DNA of 64,000 nucleotides from a virus (IMGVR_UViG_3300027985_001053); one strand, 5' to 3'. Counted from the first letter of the stretch, positions 49,207 to 58,681 are shown. A program made the numbers and translations. The notes: generated by a model from the sequence alone, not told the origin.

Positions 49207-49598
49207 TTGTTGCTGGAGGTAGGGATAAGCATCTTAGCTCAAACAATAAAACTATGCTTTTAGAGTTTGTTACCAAAGGAATCATTACAGAGTTAGTTTG
49301 TGGCATGGCATCAGGCATAGATCTAGAAGCCTATAGTCTTTTAAAGGACTATGTGAGTATAAAAGAGTTCCCAGCAAATTGGTATGATTTAGATACAAGA
49401 CCCTGTAAAATAAAAGTCAATTCTCGAGGTAAGCGGTATAATGCGTTAGCAGGTTTTAATAGAAACAAGCTTATGGCTGAATATGCTGATGGGGTTATAT
49501 TGTTTGATGGGGGTAATGGAACCTCTAATATGTATCAACTATCATTAGAGTACGATTTAAATATTCTATATAATATCTCAGATGGAGGACAGTATTGA
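49197..49598 (+). CDS. SLOG-family (DUF2493/YspA-like) protein
   Basis: RVIVAGGRD, CGMA.G.D, FPANW, AG..RN..MAEYAD, G.GT..M. Confidence 0.75.
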   Translation: MRVIVAGGRDKHLSSNNKTMLLEFVTKGIITELVCGMASGIDLEAYSLLKDYVSIKEFPANWYDLDTRPCKIKVNSRGKRYNALAGFNRNKLMAEYADGVILFDGGNGTSNMYQLSLEYDLNILYNISDGGQY

Positions 49599-50257
49599 TT
49601 GTAATAGGTGATGTTCACGGTAGTTTTAAAACGTTAAAGGCTCTAATAGATAAGTTACCACATAAAAATATAGCTTTAACCGGAGATCTTGTAGACAGAG
49701 GTTCGATGTCTGCTGAGGTTGTTTTCTTTGTAAGAAAAAATGGATTTAAGTGTGTTAAAGGTAATCATGAAGATATGATGGTTAAAGGTTTTTCTGGTAG
49801 ATATCCTGACAAATTACTTTGGGAGCAGAACGGAGGGTTAGCTACTAAAAATAGCTATAAGACTGTTCCTAAAAGGTTATTGAACGATGACTTGCTCTGG
49901 ATGAGTGAACTACCTCTCTACATAGAGTATAGGTCTTCTGAAGGTCAAGATTTTATCATATCACATTCTAATATCAACTTCGTATGGGATATGCAACGTT
50001 CTCATCCGAACATTTTTGAAAATAATGCTTTATGGTCAAGAGAGTTTCATCGACCTGGAACCGAGGATCGAGCTTTTAATAAAATAAATATTATAGGACA
50101 TACTCCTGTAGAGACTGTTGCTAAAATGGGGTCCTTAGTCTTAATAGATACGGGTTGTGTTTATGGTAAAAGTACAGGATATGGTGTCTTATCAGCGTAT
50201 GATTTAGAAACAGGTATTGTTTATAGTCAGCATAACATAGATACTCCACAAAATTAG
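49595..50257 (+). CDS. PPP-family Ser/Thr phosphatase (lambda-PP/PrpA-like)
   Basis: GDVHG, GDLVDRG, GNHE, GHTP, IDTG. Confidence 0.88.
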   Translation: MIVIGDVHGSFKTLKALIDKLPHKNIALTGDLVDRGSMSAEVVFFVRKNGFKCVKGNHEDMMVKGFSGRYPDKLLWEQNGGLATKNSYKTVPKRLLNDDLLWMSELPLYIEYRSSEGQDFIISHSNINFVWDMQRSHPNIFENNALWSREFHRPGTEDRAFNKINIIGHTPVETVAKMGSLVLIDTGCVYGKSTGYGVLSAYDLETGIVYSQHNIDTPQN

Positions 50258-50267
50258 TAGTCTTTAG

Positions 50268-50315
50268 TTGACATACATCCTACTAAATGTTACAATAAGT
50301 ATATTTAGTAGGAGG
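50268..50315 (+). promoter_or_regulatory. Sigma70 promoter inside 13-bp anti-SD hairpin
   Basis: TTGACA-17-TACAAT (TG-extended); 50278-90 pairs with 50301-13, covering AGGA of AGGAGG. Confidence 0.75.
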
Positions 50316-50319
50316 TTAT

Positions 50320-50676
50320 ATGACAAAAGTTCAATCAGCGGAAGAATCTGAAAAATATCTATTAAATGTTACCGGGCTGTCTAGTATACAGCTCGATTAT
50401 GTCGTTATGGAATATCTCTTCCATAAAGGTCGAATCGATCATCAATATATTAACAAAATTATGACTAATTTCGTAGCTGGTCTTAATTCTCTAAGGGACG
50501 AAGAGTGTCAGGGAAGAGCTGATGCAGAAACTACGGCAATAGCAGCATTGCACATGATTGATAAAAACAGAATTTGTTTGAAAAAGAATGCTCCATGGGT
50601 AAGCGTTATTAAAAGATACTTATCAAACTTTAAAAGCGTTAATTTACGAGGAATTAATGAAAAATTTTTAAAATGA
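50320..50676 (+). CDS. Hypothetical protein
   Basis: AGGAGG RBS. Confidence 0.6.
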   Translation: MTKVQSAEESEKYLLNVTGLSSIQLDYVVMEYLFHKGRIDHQYINKIMTNFVAGLNSLRDEECQGRADAETTAIAALHMIDKNRICLKKNAPWVSVIKRYLSNFKSVNLRGINEKFLK

Positions 50677-50725
50677 TTTTTGAAGTTAGTATTAAGCCAT
50701 AGTATTCAAAAGAGGAGAAGATAAT

Positions 50726-52027
50726 ATGAAGTTTACTTTAGAAGAATTAAATAGAATGATGAAAGATAAGGATGGAAATTTAGATTTAAGACATACTCAA
50801 ATTACATCATTACCAAAAGGGTTAACGGTTGGAGGATATTTAGATTTAAGAAATACTCCAATTAAATCATTACCTGAAGGGTTAACCGTTGGAAGAAACT
50901 TAGATTTAGAAGATACTAAAATTAAATCGTTACCAGAAGGGTTAAAAGTAAGGGGATATTTAGATTTAAGCAATACTCCAATTACATCATTACCAGAGGG
51001 GTTAACCGTTGGAGGTAACTTAGATTTAAGAAATACTAAAATTAAATCGTTACCTGAAGGGTTAACCGTTGGAGATAGCTTAGATTTAAGTAATACTCCA
51101 ATTACAACATTACCAGAAAGGTTAACGATTGGAGGATATCTAACTTTAGAAAATACTCAAATTAAATCGTTACCGAAAGGCTTAAAAGTTGGAGGAGGTT
51201 TATATTTAAGCAATACTCCAATTACATCGTTACCAGAAGGGTTAACAGTTAAAGGATATCTAGATTTAAGCTATACTTCAATTATATCATTACCTAATGG
51301 GTTAAAGGTTGAAGGTTGGTTAGATTTAAGAAATACTAAAATTAAATCGTTACCAGAAGGGTTAACGGTTGGAGGTAGTTTATATCTAAGAAATACTCAA
51401 ATTAAATCATTGCCTAAAGGATTAACTGTTGGAAGAGACTTATTTTTAAGATATACTCAAATTACATCATTACCAGAAGGATTAACCGTTGGAAGAGACT
51501 TATATTTAAAAGGTACTAAAATTAAATCGTTGCCAAGAGATTTAAAAGTTGGTGGAAAAATCTATAGTGATTTACCAGAAAGTGAATTAAACTATACAAA
51601 ACTTCAACAAGGTGATTATGTTGAAGCTGCATACCTATATGCCGATGAAATATTCACTCACATTAAATCTAAAAAATCTTTTGATAAATACACATATTAT
51701 ATTGGTAAAATTAAAGATAAAAATGTACTTTATGATGGTACATATTATGCACATTGTGAAAACATCAAACAAGGAATTGAGGACATTAACTTCAAACATG
51801 CTAAAGATAGAGGATCAGAGCAATACAGAAATCTAAAGTTATCAAGTACTTTATCTTTTGAAGAATCTAAAACAATGTTCAGGGTTTTAACCGGTGCTTG
51901 TAGGCAAGGTACTGAAAGTTTTATTGAAAATTTGAAAGAAGTACAAGATCAGTATACTATTCAGGAATTACTAGATTTGTCTGTTAATCAGTATGGTCAT
52001 GAAACTTTTAAGAAGTTTTTTAGGTAA
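50726..52027 (+). CDS. LRR-family paralog 4 (13 repeats)
   Basis: Same architecture; GAGGAG RBS. Confidence 0.9.
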   Translation: MKFTLEELNRMMKDKDGNLDLRHTQITSLPKGLTVGGYLDLRNTPIKSLPEGLTVGRNLDLEDTKIKSLPEGLKVRGYLDLSNTPITSLPEGLTVGGNLDLRNTKIKSLPEGLTVGDSLDLSNTPITTLPERLTIGGYLTLENTQIKSLPKGLKVGGGLYLSNTPITSLPEGLTVKGYLDLSYTSIISLPNGLKVEGWLDLRNTKIKSLPEGLTVGGSLYLRNTQIKSLPKGLTVGRDLFLRYTQITSLPEGLTVGRDLYLKGTKIKSLPRDLKVGGKIYSDLPESELNYTKLQQGDYVEAAYLYADEIFTHIKSKKSFDKYTYYIGKIKDKNVLYDGTYYAHCENIKQGIEDINFKHAKDRGSEQYRNLKLSSTLSFEESKTMFRVLTGACRQGTESFIENLKEVQDQYTIQELLDLSVNQYGHETFKKFFR

Positions 52028-52180
52028 AAAGAGTGTTTTAGCATTCCTATTATGTGTACTGTACTAGTAATGATTATGTAAACATTTTCGGTAAAATTAG
52101 GCATTAAAGGTCTTACTAGTAGTATTTTTTTAAGAATGCTTATACACTACGTTAGCAGGTTTATGATGAAAGGAGTTTAA

Positions 52181-52678
52181 ATGAAAAAACTAATAATTTT
52201 ATGGTTTATTGGAAGTAATATTTTTGCAAATACAATTACTTCTAGTATAGAAACTACTACGACAACCCTTGTTGTAACAACTACAGAAAAAGGAGTAATT
52301 ATCTTTGAAGAAGAAATCTATCTCTTCTCCTTAGATAAGTCTAGAGCAGCTCGTTTAAAAAATATTATAGAAGGTTATAAAGAGCTTAATTCATTAGCGG
52401 ATAAAGCTAATTATATATCGTATATGCCTAAAGGTATGAGGTCCTATGATAATAAATACTTACAGTTTTCTTATAGACATTCAGCAAAAGATGACGCCTC
52501 ATTTTTGATACTAACTGTAGATTTAGGGAGCTATAAAGCTTACAAAGCCCCTTTCACAATAGTTGCGACACTAGAACAGTGGGAGGCTATTATGTTAACT
52601 TTAGATCAAGGCTTTTCTTATATGGATGAAATCTCTAGCGAAGTCTTAAAGTTAAGAGCTATAGAGAACGAGATTTAA
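52181..52678 (+). CDS. Secreted/periplasmic hypothetical protein
   Basis: MKKLIILWFIGSNIFA signal peptide. Confidence 0.6.
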   Translation: MKKLIILWFIGSNIFANTITSSIETTTTTLVVTTTEKGVIIFEEEIYLFSLDKSRAARLKNIIEGYKELNSLADKANYISYMPKGMRSYDNKYLQFSYRHSAKDDASFLILTVDLGSYKAYKAPFTIVATLEQWEAIMLTLDQGFSYMDEISSEVLKLRAIENEI

Positions 52679-52692
52679 GCAAAGGAGCTTTT

Positions 52693-53169
52693 ATGAATAT
52701 AGACGATATTATTCGTAACGAAGAAGTTTTAGATCAGCAGAGATTAGATAAAAAATGTGAATTACACAAGGTTCTTGAAGAAGAGCTTCCTAAATGTGCT
52801 GCTAAAGTAAATAGAAGATTTTTCACAGAATTGAGTAGGCTTACTCGTGGAGACTTTAATAGGGCAGGATGTGTAACATTTACATTACCAATTTACCTTG
52901 ATTTACCTGATAATCTACATTCCATGCTTTTGCGAGAAACTTTTATGATAAAGAAGTATCCTTATAACGTTAGAATAAAGGATTATCAAGAACTTAGTAC
53001 CTTAGTTGTTAAAGCGTTAAAACTTAACTTACAAGATAATTTAACATTAGAGCTCCTCGAGGAATCTCGATGTATTCACCTAACTATAAAAGGTTATGTT
53101 CCTGAATTAGATAAACGATTATGCGGAAGATTAAAACAATTGCTACGCAGAAATAGGAGAGTTAAATGA
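52693..53169 (+). CDS. Hypothetical protein
   Basis: AAGGAG RBS. Confidence 0.55.
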   Translation: MNIDDIIRNEEVLDQQRLDKKCELHKVLEEELPKCAAKVNRRFFTELSRLTRGDFNRAGCVTFTLPIYLDLPDNLHSMLLRETFMIKKYPYNVRIKDYQELSTLVVKALKLNLQDNLTLELLEESRCIHLTIKGYVPELDKRLCGRLKQLLRRNRRVK

Positions 53170-53708
53170 ATTATTTAGAAATAGAACGTAAATGGCTTAT
53201 TACGTTGGAAGCTTACAACAAATTAACAGAAAAACCTGTGAAAGTTAACTTTTTACATCAGTTTTATGTCAATCCTATGAATACAGGTAATACTGTAATT
53301 AGGTATCGATCTGATATTACCTATAGCTATGACAACGATTATAAGCTTACTAATGTAAGTGTTCCGAAATATTATCAGACCATAAAAACAGGATCTGGTT
53401 TGCTTCGAGAAGAGTTTGAAGTAGAGATTTCTGAGAGTTTTTGGAAAGAAGCTTTAAACTTCATACCTAGCCCGAGACAAGAAGTTATAAAAACTCGAAT
53501 TGTTACGGAAGAGGGTTATGAGGTGGACAAGTACTTTAATAGATTAGAAGGCTTGCATACAGTAGAGAAAGAATTCGCTTCTATAGAAGATGCGTCTAAG
53601 TTTACAGCTCCAAGTTTATTTGGAGAAGAGGTTACAGATAAAATGTACTACGGCAATGCTCATTTAGCAACATTGTCTGATGGAACATTTAAGAAGGGTA
53701 TTTCATGA
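53166..53708 (+). CDS. CYTH (triphosphate tunnel metalloenzyme) domain protein
   Basis: EIERKWL, TIK.G.G..R.E.E, K.R, EVD, EKEF, FG.EVT...Y.N. Confidence 0.85.
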   Translation: MNYLEIERKWLITLEAYNKLTEKPVKVNFLHQFYVNPMNTGNTVIRYRSDITYSYDNDYKLTNVSVPKYYQTIKTGSGLLREEFEVEISESFWKEALNFIPSPRQEVIKTRIVTEEGYEVDKYFNRLEGLHTVEKEFASIEDASKFTAPSLFGEEVTDKMYYGNAHLATLSDGTFKKGIS

Positions 53709-54160
53709 GTTATATTTTAGCAATGATTATCGGGCATTTTGTAGGAGATTATCTTTTCCAAACAAGCAAAATGGCGGCAAACAAAAATAAGAGAAAGCTA
53801 TTAGGATGGGGCTGGGCTATTTTTCATGGTTTGGTTTACAGTTTTATGGTGGTGTTAGTTATGGTATACTTTTATCCTGAGCTTTTAGCAGATTTTAGGA
53901 TTATTTTATTTTGGGGATTTACCTGGATAACTCATGCACTAATAGATCATTATTCTTTTGCCAAGCATTGGAGTATATTTATGGCCTCTGATACTTTACC
54001 AAACTTTAACGATGACCTTATTTCTAAGTATGAGTATCCTAGAACTACAGCAGAAATTTTTAAGATTTCTTTTACCTCTGTAGTATATATTGTGGTTGAT
54101 AATACTTGGCATATTGTTTTACAATCAGTTTTTCTAATTGAAACTTTTGGGAGATTTTAA
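53705..54160 (+). CDS. DUF3307-like membrane protein
   Basis: HF.GDY.FQT, HG..Y, H..ID, DN.WH in TM segments. Confidence 0.75.
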   Translation: MSYILAMIIGHFVGDYLFQTSKMAANKNKRKLLGWGWAIFHGLVYSFMVVLVMVYFYPELLADFRIILFWGFTWITHALIDHYSFAKHWSIFMASDTLPNFNDDLISKYEYPRTTAEIFKISFTSVVYIVVDNTWHIVLQSVFLIETFGRF

Positions 54161-54202
54161 AAAGACTATTGACTTAGGCATTAATACTTGCTAATGTTAG
54201 TT

Positions 54203-54592
54203 ATGACAAAAGCCGTTTTAAAAGATCGTATAACTAAAGCACTGAAAATAAAATCAGTAAAGTACTCAGAGGAAGTTTTTTATGATTGTTTAGCGTATTT
54301 AAACTCGGAGATGATAAGCCCTCAACCTTTAGGCTTTTTTGATTTAAAAACGCCTTTAGGATTTGGGGCCCATTCTGAAAAAACTCTTGAAGATTTGTTG
54401 GAAGAAAATCCTTATTATGTAAATTGGTTAATAAAAAATCACGTAATTGACATCTCTAATCAAGACTACAATATTATTAAAAAGAGGTTAAAGACTGTTA
54501 AGAACAGGAATATACGGCATTATACTAAAAGAGAGCCTATAGAGAAAAGAGAAAACATAAGTCTCGAGATTCAGGGCTATATTACTTTCTAG
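54203..54592 (+). CDS. Protein with exodeoxyribonuclease-X-like/DUF3820 small domain
   Basis: FG.H...TLEDLLEENP.YVNWL; probable leaderless ATG at 54203. Confidence 0.55.
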   Translation: MTKAVLKDRITKALKIKSVKYSEEVFYDCLAYLNSEMISPQPLGFFDLKTPLGFGAHSEKTLEDLLEENPYYVNWLIKNHVIDISNQDYNIIKKRLKTVKNRNIRHYTKREPIEKRENISLEIQGYITF

Positions 54593-54622
54593 AAAAATCC
54601 TTAGAATAAGCGTATACTGTTA

Positions 54623-54838
54623 TTGTTGCGAAAGCTGATGAATGGAGGAAGATACGAAGAGATTTTATATAAAGATAGGTATATTGCTAACTTGCCTATC
54701 TATTATTATGCTGAGGAAATATATTTGGGTCCAACCGAATTTACGAGTGGTATTAGTGTATTTAAAACTTACCGGTATAATCTGGGGGATTACAATAAGT
54801 ATTTTCTTTGTCGTGGCTTTTACTATAGGTTTTCTTAA
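54623..54838 (+). CDS. Hypothetical protein (start uncertain)
   Basis: ORF only; competing ORFs in other frames. Confidence 0.3.
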   Translation: MLRKLMNGGRYEEILYKDRYIANLPIYYYAEEIYLGPTEFTSGISVFKTYRYNLGDYNKYFLCRGFYYRFS

Positions 54839-54889
54839 GAGGAAATCGCTTAAAACCACTTACCTAGAGATTAAAGAGGTAATCTATAC

Positions 54890-55105
54890 ATGCTTGATTT
54901 AAAGGAATGCTGCCAGCCAGTAACATCAAAAATTTTTAAAGTAAATGGCCGGTATTATGTTGTTGAAAAAGAAGTAAATGGGTGCCTTGGTTGTTGTTTT
55001 ATTAATAATCAAGAGCCGTGCCTTGTTTACGATACTACGAGTAAACTCTTTGCTCAGATTGGAAAATGTGCTACTACTAAGTTTATATTTAAGGAGATAG
55101 AATGA
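54890..55105 (+). CDS. Small Cys-containing hypothetical protein
   Basis: GCLGCCF...C motif; GAGG RBS. Confidence 0.5.
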   Translation: MLDLKECCQPVTSKIFKVNGRYYVVEKEVNGCLGCCFINNQEPCLVYDTTSKLFAQIGKCATTKFIFKEIE

Positions 55106-55410
55106 AATTATTTACAAAACTACATGCGTCTAAAACGCCTAAGCAACCACCTCTTTTCATAGAGTCTTCTGACATCTTGAAGATTATATCAGAGTCTCTT
55201 GAAATACCTATTGATACTATCCGAAGTTTTTCACGTTTTAAGGAAGACTTAGGAGCAGATGATTTGGATTTATATGAGATTATTTACAAAATAGAGTCTT
55301 CTCACAATTTAATATTTAGAAGGTATTGTAATTTGACAGCTATTAGTAAGTTTGTTTTAGTTCAGGATATTTACGATGACCTGTATCAGCTAGGGGTAAA
55401 AGTTATATGA
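55102..55410 (+). CDS. Acyl-carrier-protein-like protein lacking the phosphopantetheine Ser
   Basis: IISE.L.I.......F.EDLGADDLD..EI...IE matches ACP, but GADSLD reads GADDLD (D54). Confidence 0.7.
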   Translation: MKLFTKLHASKTPKQPPLFIESSDILKIISESLEIPIDTIRSFSRFKEDLGADDLDLYEIIYKIESSHNLIFRRYCNLTAISKFVLVQDIYDDLYQLGVKVI

Positions 55411-55598
55411 AAAAAATATTAAGTGTATTATTGCCCATCACCTCTCTCGTGTTTATTGCTCTTTTCATGATAGGGTCTTACGATATCCTGGTGCAAATAA
55501 TGGATTTACAGCTTCAGGCTATTAAAGATAATTGGCATTATATCGTTGGGTTTTTTATTACGTTAGTAATAAATCTTAGTTTTTTCTTAAAGAGGTAG
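55407..55598 (+). CDS. Small two-TM protein
   Basis: Two hydrophobic helices. Confidence 0.5.
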   Translation: MKKILSVLLPITSLVFIALFMIGSYDILVQIMDLQLQAIKDNWHYIVGFFITLVINLSFFLKR

Positions 55599-55600
55599 TC

Positions 55601-55957
55601 ATGATTTCGCTAAATACTTTAAAAATAAACGAAGGATCTTCGTGTAAGAATTGTAATGGATCTATTTGGGTGTCAGAAGGGTTTAATCGTTTTGTATGCC
55701 CACGATGTAATGGTTCTGGTGTAGAGCCAACGGTATCTCCTGAACAGTATAAAGAAGCCTCTAATACTCTATTAGCTTTTCTTATTTTAACTAATAAAGA
55801 CATCTTTATATATATTCCTCTGGAAGATTTCCATCTCTATGTTCCAAGTCTATTATTTTATAAAGATAAGTATTACTATAATGGTATCAGAGTTAAATCA
55901 TCTAAGATAGCTAAGAAACCATGTCTAGTAAAGAACGGGTTCCGACAATATCTGTAA
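55601..55957 (+). CDS. DnaJ-type CxxCxG zinc-finger protein
   Basis: CKNCNGS...CPRCNGSG. Confidence 0.6.
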   Translation: MISLNTLKINEGSSCKNCNGSIWVSEGFNRFVCPRCNGSGVEPTVSPEQYKEASNTLLAFLILTNKDIFIYIPLEDFHLYVPSLLFYKDKYYYNGIRVKSSKIAKKPCLVKNGFRQYL

Positions 55958-55998
55958 GATTTATAACTCTCATCATCTTTTTAAATTAAGGAATTAAC

Positions 55999-57105
55999 AT
56001 GCACAGTATAAATGTCTTAAGTCTCTTTGATGGAATAAGCGGAGGAAGGCTGGCTTTTCAAAAAGCTAATATTCCTGTAAATAAATATTATAGCAGTGAG
56101 GTTGAAAAAGCTCCTATTTCGATAGCTGATAAAAATTGGCCCATGGACACGAAATACCGTCTAGGAGATGTTAGAAATATTGACATTTCTAAATTAGATA
56201 AGATTGATATTCTTATTGGTGGAAGTCCTTGTCAATCTTTCTCGCTGGCTGGTAAACGAAATGGGATGTCTACAAAAGAAAAAATAGAAGTATTGACTTT
56301 AGAACATTACCTTACACTAAAGTCACAAAACTTTGTTTTTGAAGGACAGTCTTACCTTTTTTGGGAATATATGAGGATTCTCAAAGAACTTCAAGCCATA
56401 AATCCTAATGTATTGTTTTTTTTAGAAAATGTAAATATGACTAAAAAGTGGGAAAGTGTTTTAACTTCGGCAATTGGCGTAAATCCAATCAGCATTAATT
56501 CGTCTTTAGTATCTGCTCAGAATAGAAAACGTCTTTATTGGACAAATATTCCTGGAGTTACTCAACCCGAAGATAAAGGAATTCTTCTGAAGGATATTGT
56601 TCTCCCAAATACTATTCCTGTTGCATTACACAATCTCTATGGAGGTTTTAAAGAAACATCCATAAGAGTATTTGAGGGTAAATCTCCTACTATAAGAACT
56701 GCTTCAGGTGGTGGTCATATACCTTCATTTGTTACAGAAGCGTTATTACATTCTGAAAAAGCAATAGCGTATATGAATAGAACAGTTAAAGGTGGTAGAA
56801 ATCCCTGGGACTTTAAGCATCATTCTGATATTAGAAATCCAAAATCAGCAGCAGTTGTAGCTAATTTCTTTAAAGGAGTTCCTTACAATGTTTTTAAAGA
56901 TTGGCATGTTATTAGAAAGTTTCATCCTATAGAGTGCGAACGGTTGCAAACTTTACCGGATAATTACACCGAAGGGGTTTCTCCAACACAACGATACTCG
57001 GCAATTGGTAATGGATGGACTATCGATGTTATTGCTCATATCTTTAAAGGTATTTTCTCTTCAAGAGAAACTATACCTACTGACAATTTTGTTTTTGGTT
57101 ACTAA
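55999..57105 (+). CDS. DNA (cytosine-5) methyltransferase
   Basis: SLFDG, GGSPCQ, ENV, Q.R.RLYW, ERLQT, GNGW. Confidence 0.92.
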   Translation: MHSINVLSLFDGISGGRLAFQKANIPVNKYYSSEVEKAPISIADKNWPMDTKYRLGDVRNIDISKLDKIDILIGGSPCQSFSLAGKRNGMSTKEKIEVLTLEHYLTLKSQNFVFEGQSYLFWEYMRILKELQAINPNVLFFLENVNMTKKWESVLTSAIGVNPISINSSLVSAQNRKRLYWTNIPGVTQPEDKGILLKDIVLPNTIPVALHNLYGGFKETSIRVFEGKSPTIRTASGGGHIPSFVTEALLHSEKAIAYMNRTVKGGRNPWDFKHHSDIRNPKSAAVVANFFKGVPYNVFKDWHVIRKFHPIECERLQTLPDNYTEGVSPTQRYSAIGNGWTIDVIAHIFKGIFSSRETIPTDNFVFGY

Positions 57106-57128
57106 GCTATATTTATTGTTTTATACAA

Positions 57129-57174
57129 TAGACAAAACATTTTAAATACTATAAGCTCTTTTTATAAGGAGCTT
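57129..57174 (+). promoter_or_regulatory. Sigma70-like promoter with anti-SD hairpin
   Basis: TAGACA-17-TAAGCT; AAGCTC (57153-58) pairs with GAGCTT (57169-74). Confidence 0.6.
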
Positions 57175-57422
57175 TGATTTTGAAAGAAGTATATATAGTG
57201 TCATGTATTATTACGTTACTAGGAATTTTATTGGTTATTTCTGGAGCAGGTTTACCTCGAAAAGAGAACTCTCTCAACGAAGATAGGGTCTCTTTTTATT
57301 TTTATACCTTTATGGGATTATCTCATAGATTAAAACTGTACTATTATTCCCTTGTCCCAGAGTTAAGTAAGATAGTTCAAGAGTATGAATCATCTCCAGC
57401 GATTACAAAGGATATTTTATGA
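57174..57422 (+). CDS. Small membrane protein
   Basis: N-terminal TM. Confidence 0.5.
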   Translation: MILKEVYIVSCIITLLGILLVISGAGLPRKENSLNEDRVSFYFYTFMGLSHRLKLYYYSLVPELSKIVQEYESSPAITKDIL

Positions 57423-57760
57423 TAGGACTTATATATCTATGTGTTGTAGCTCTTTTAGCTTGGGTCTTAACATACTTTACGAGAGCTAAGACCTTAAGCT
57501 CACCTAAACAAATAGAGGCTTTTATCATGAATGAAAAAACATGGTCTAATATTAAAGCTTTTGACCCAAAATTCGCAAATGACGGATCTTATAGAGGATG
57601 TAAGGTGGTTATATCAGATCTTATATTGGATAATGAGGTTTTTGTTAAGTATCGAGCAGCTTCTCAGTATATTGAGTTATCTATTGGCCTCTATATTCCA
57701 GAACCTTTTAAAGAATCTCCTGCGATCAAGACCATTAATTTAGACCAGGCTTTCGATTGA
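57419..57760 (+). CDS. Membrane-anchored hypothetical protein
   Basis: N-terminal TM; C-terminal stretch resembles that of the previous ORF (QEYESSPAITK vs EPFKESPAIK). Confidence 0.5.
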   Translation: MIGLIYLCVVALLAWVLTYFTRAKTLSSPKQIEAFIMNEKTWSNIKAFDPKFANDGSYRGCKVVISDLILDNEVFVKYRAASQYIELSIGLYIPEPFKESPAIKTINLDQAFD

Positions 57761-58191
57761 ATTTAACAATAAAAACTTTACAGGATGAAAAAGACCTTAA
57801 AAATCTTTTAGAGTTTATTAGTAAGCAGGAACAATATTATCCAAACTTTAAAGATTGGGTTTTTGGTAAACTCCAGAATAGGTTAGAGAATACATCCTAT
57901 AAAAGTTTGATAGCTGTTGAGAATAAGGCTATTCTTGGTTGTTTGGTTTATTCAGATGTTGAAGATATAACCTATATAAAGAATTTCAGAATAGATACCT
58001 TTTATCAGAATAGGTCTTTAGGAACTTTTCTCCTTAATCAGATAGTAGGGAAAAACTCCATTATTACAGATATTACAACTACCAATTTTAAAGCTGTTGA
58101 GTTTTTTATTAAACAAGGTTTTAAAATAGCTTCTATGGAAGAGCTTTATTTGAAAGGGCAGCAGGAATACATTATAAAGAAAAGTCTTTAA
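57757..58191 (+). CDS. GNAT acetyltransferase
   Basis: IKNF.I...YQNRSLGT.LL, N..AV.FF...GF. Confidence 0.75.
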   Translation: MNLTIKTLQDEKDLKNLLEFISKQEQYYPNFKDWVFGKLQNRLENTSYKSLIAVENKAILGCLVYSDVEDITYIKNFRIDTFYQNRSLGTFLLNQIVGKNSIITDITTTNFKAVEFFIKQGFKIASMEELYLKGQQEYIIKKSL

Positions 58192-58211
58192 ACGTCATGT
58201 TAAGTGCTGAG

Positions 58212-58240
58212 AGCATATTTTTCTAGGAAGTATGCTTTTT
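58212..58240 (+). terminator. Probable intrinsic terminator
   Basis: AGCATATTTT pairs with GAAGTATGCT, followed by TTTT. Confidence 0.55.
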
Positions 58241-58415
58241 AAAGTCTTTGTTGAAAAGGCCTCAGTAAGAATAACACCTCGGGATAAACCCTTCTTTAGT
58301 AAATAAGAAAATTCTAGCCTTCCTATAGAAAGGGTTATTCCTAAAACGCAATATTTTCTAGTAAATGATTGACATAATTATTATATACGTCTACTATGTT
58401 GAAAGGAGTTTATTA

Positions 58416-58681
58416 GTGGATTTAAAATTAACTGATTTGAAAAATGATTTAGGCTTATTAGAGACAACTAAATCTTGTTTAGAGCAAGAAATAGCTCTTT
58501 AAAAAGAAGCTATTTCTATGCATCTATGCCCTTACAAGGTTGGTGACTTTATCAATAGGTTTAGATTAAAAAATGATCGAGAGTTTTATAAACAGCCTGT
58601 TAGGGCCTGGATGCGGATACGTATGATTCAATAGAATTTGATTTAAATAACACAGTTATATCAGGAGGAAATGATAATTGA
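58416..58681 (+). pseudogene. Disrupted small phage ORF
   Basis: TTGACA-17-TACTAT promoter, AAGGAG RBS and GTG start; in-frame TAA at 58500, after which the frame continues with CPYKVGD. Confidence 0.45.

Noticed and set aside
47996-53169. Paralogy between the 47996 and 52693 ORFs (both start M.IDDI..NE)
   Set aside because: I cannot support similarity beyond the first ten residues by eye.
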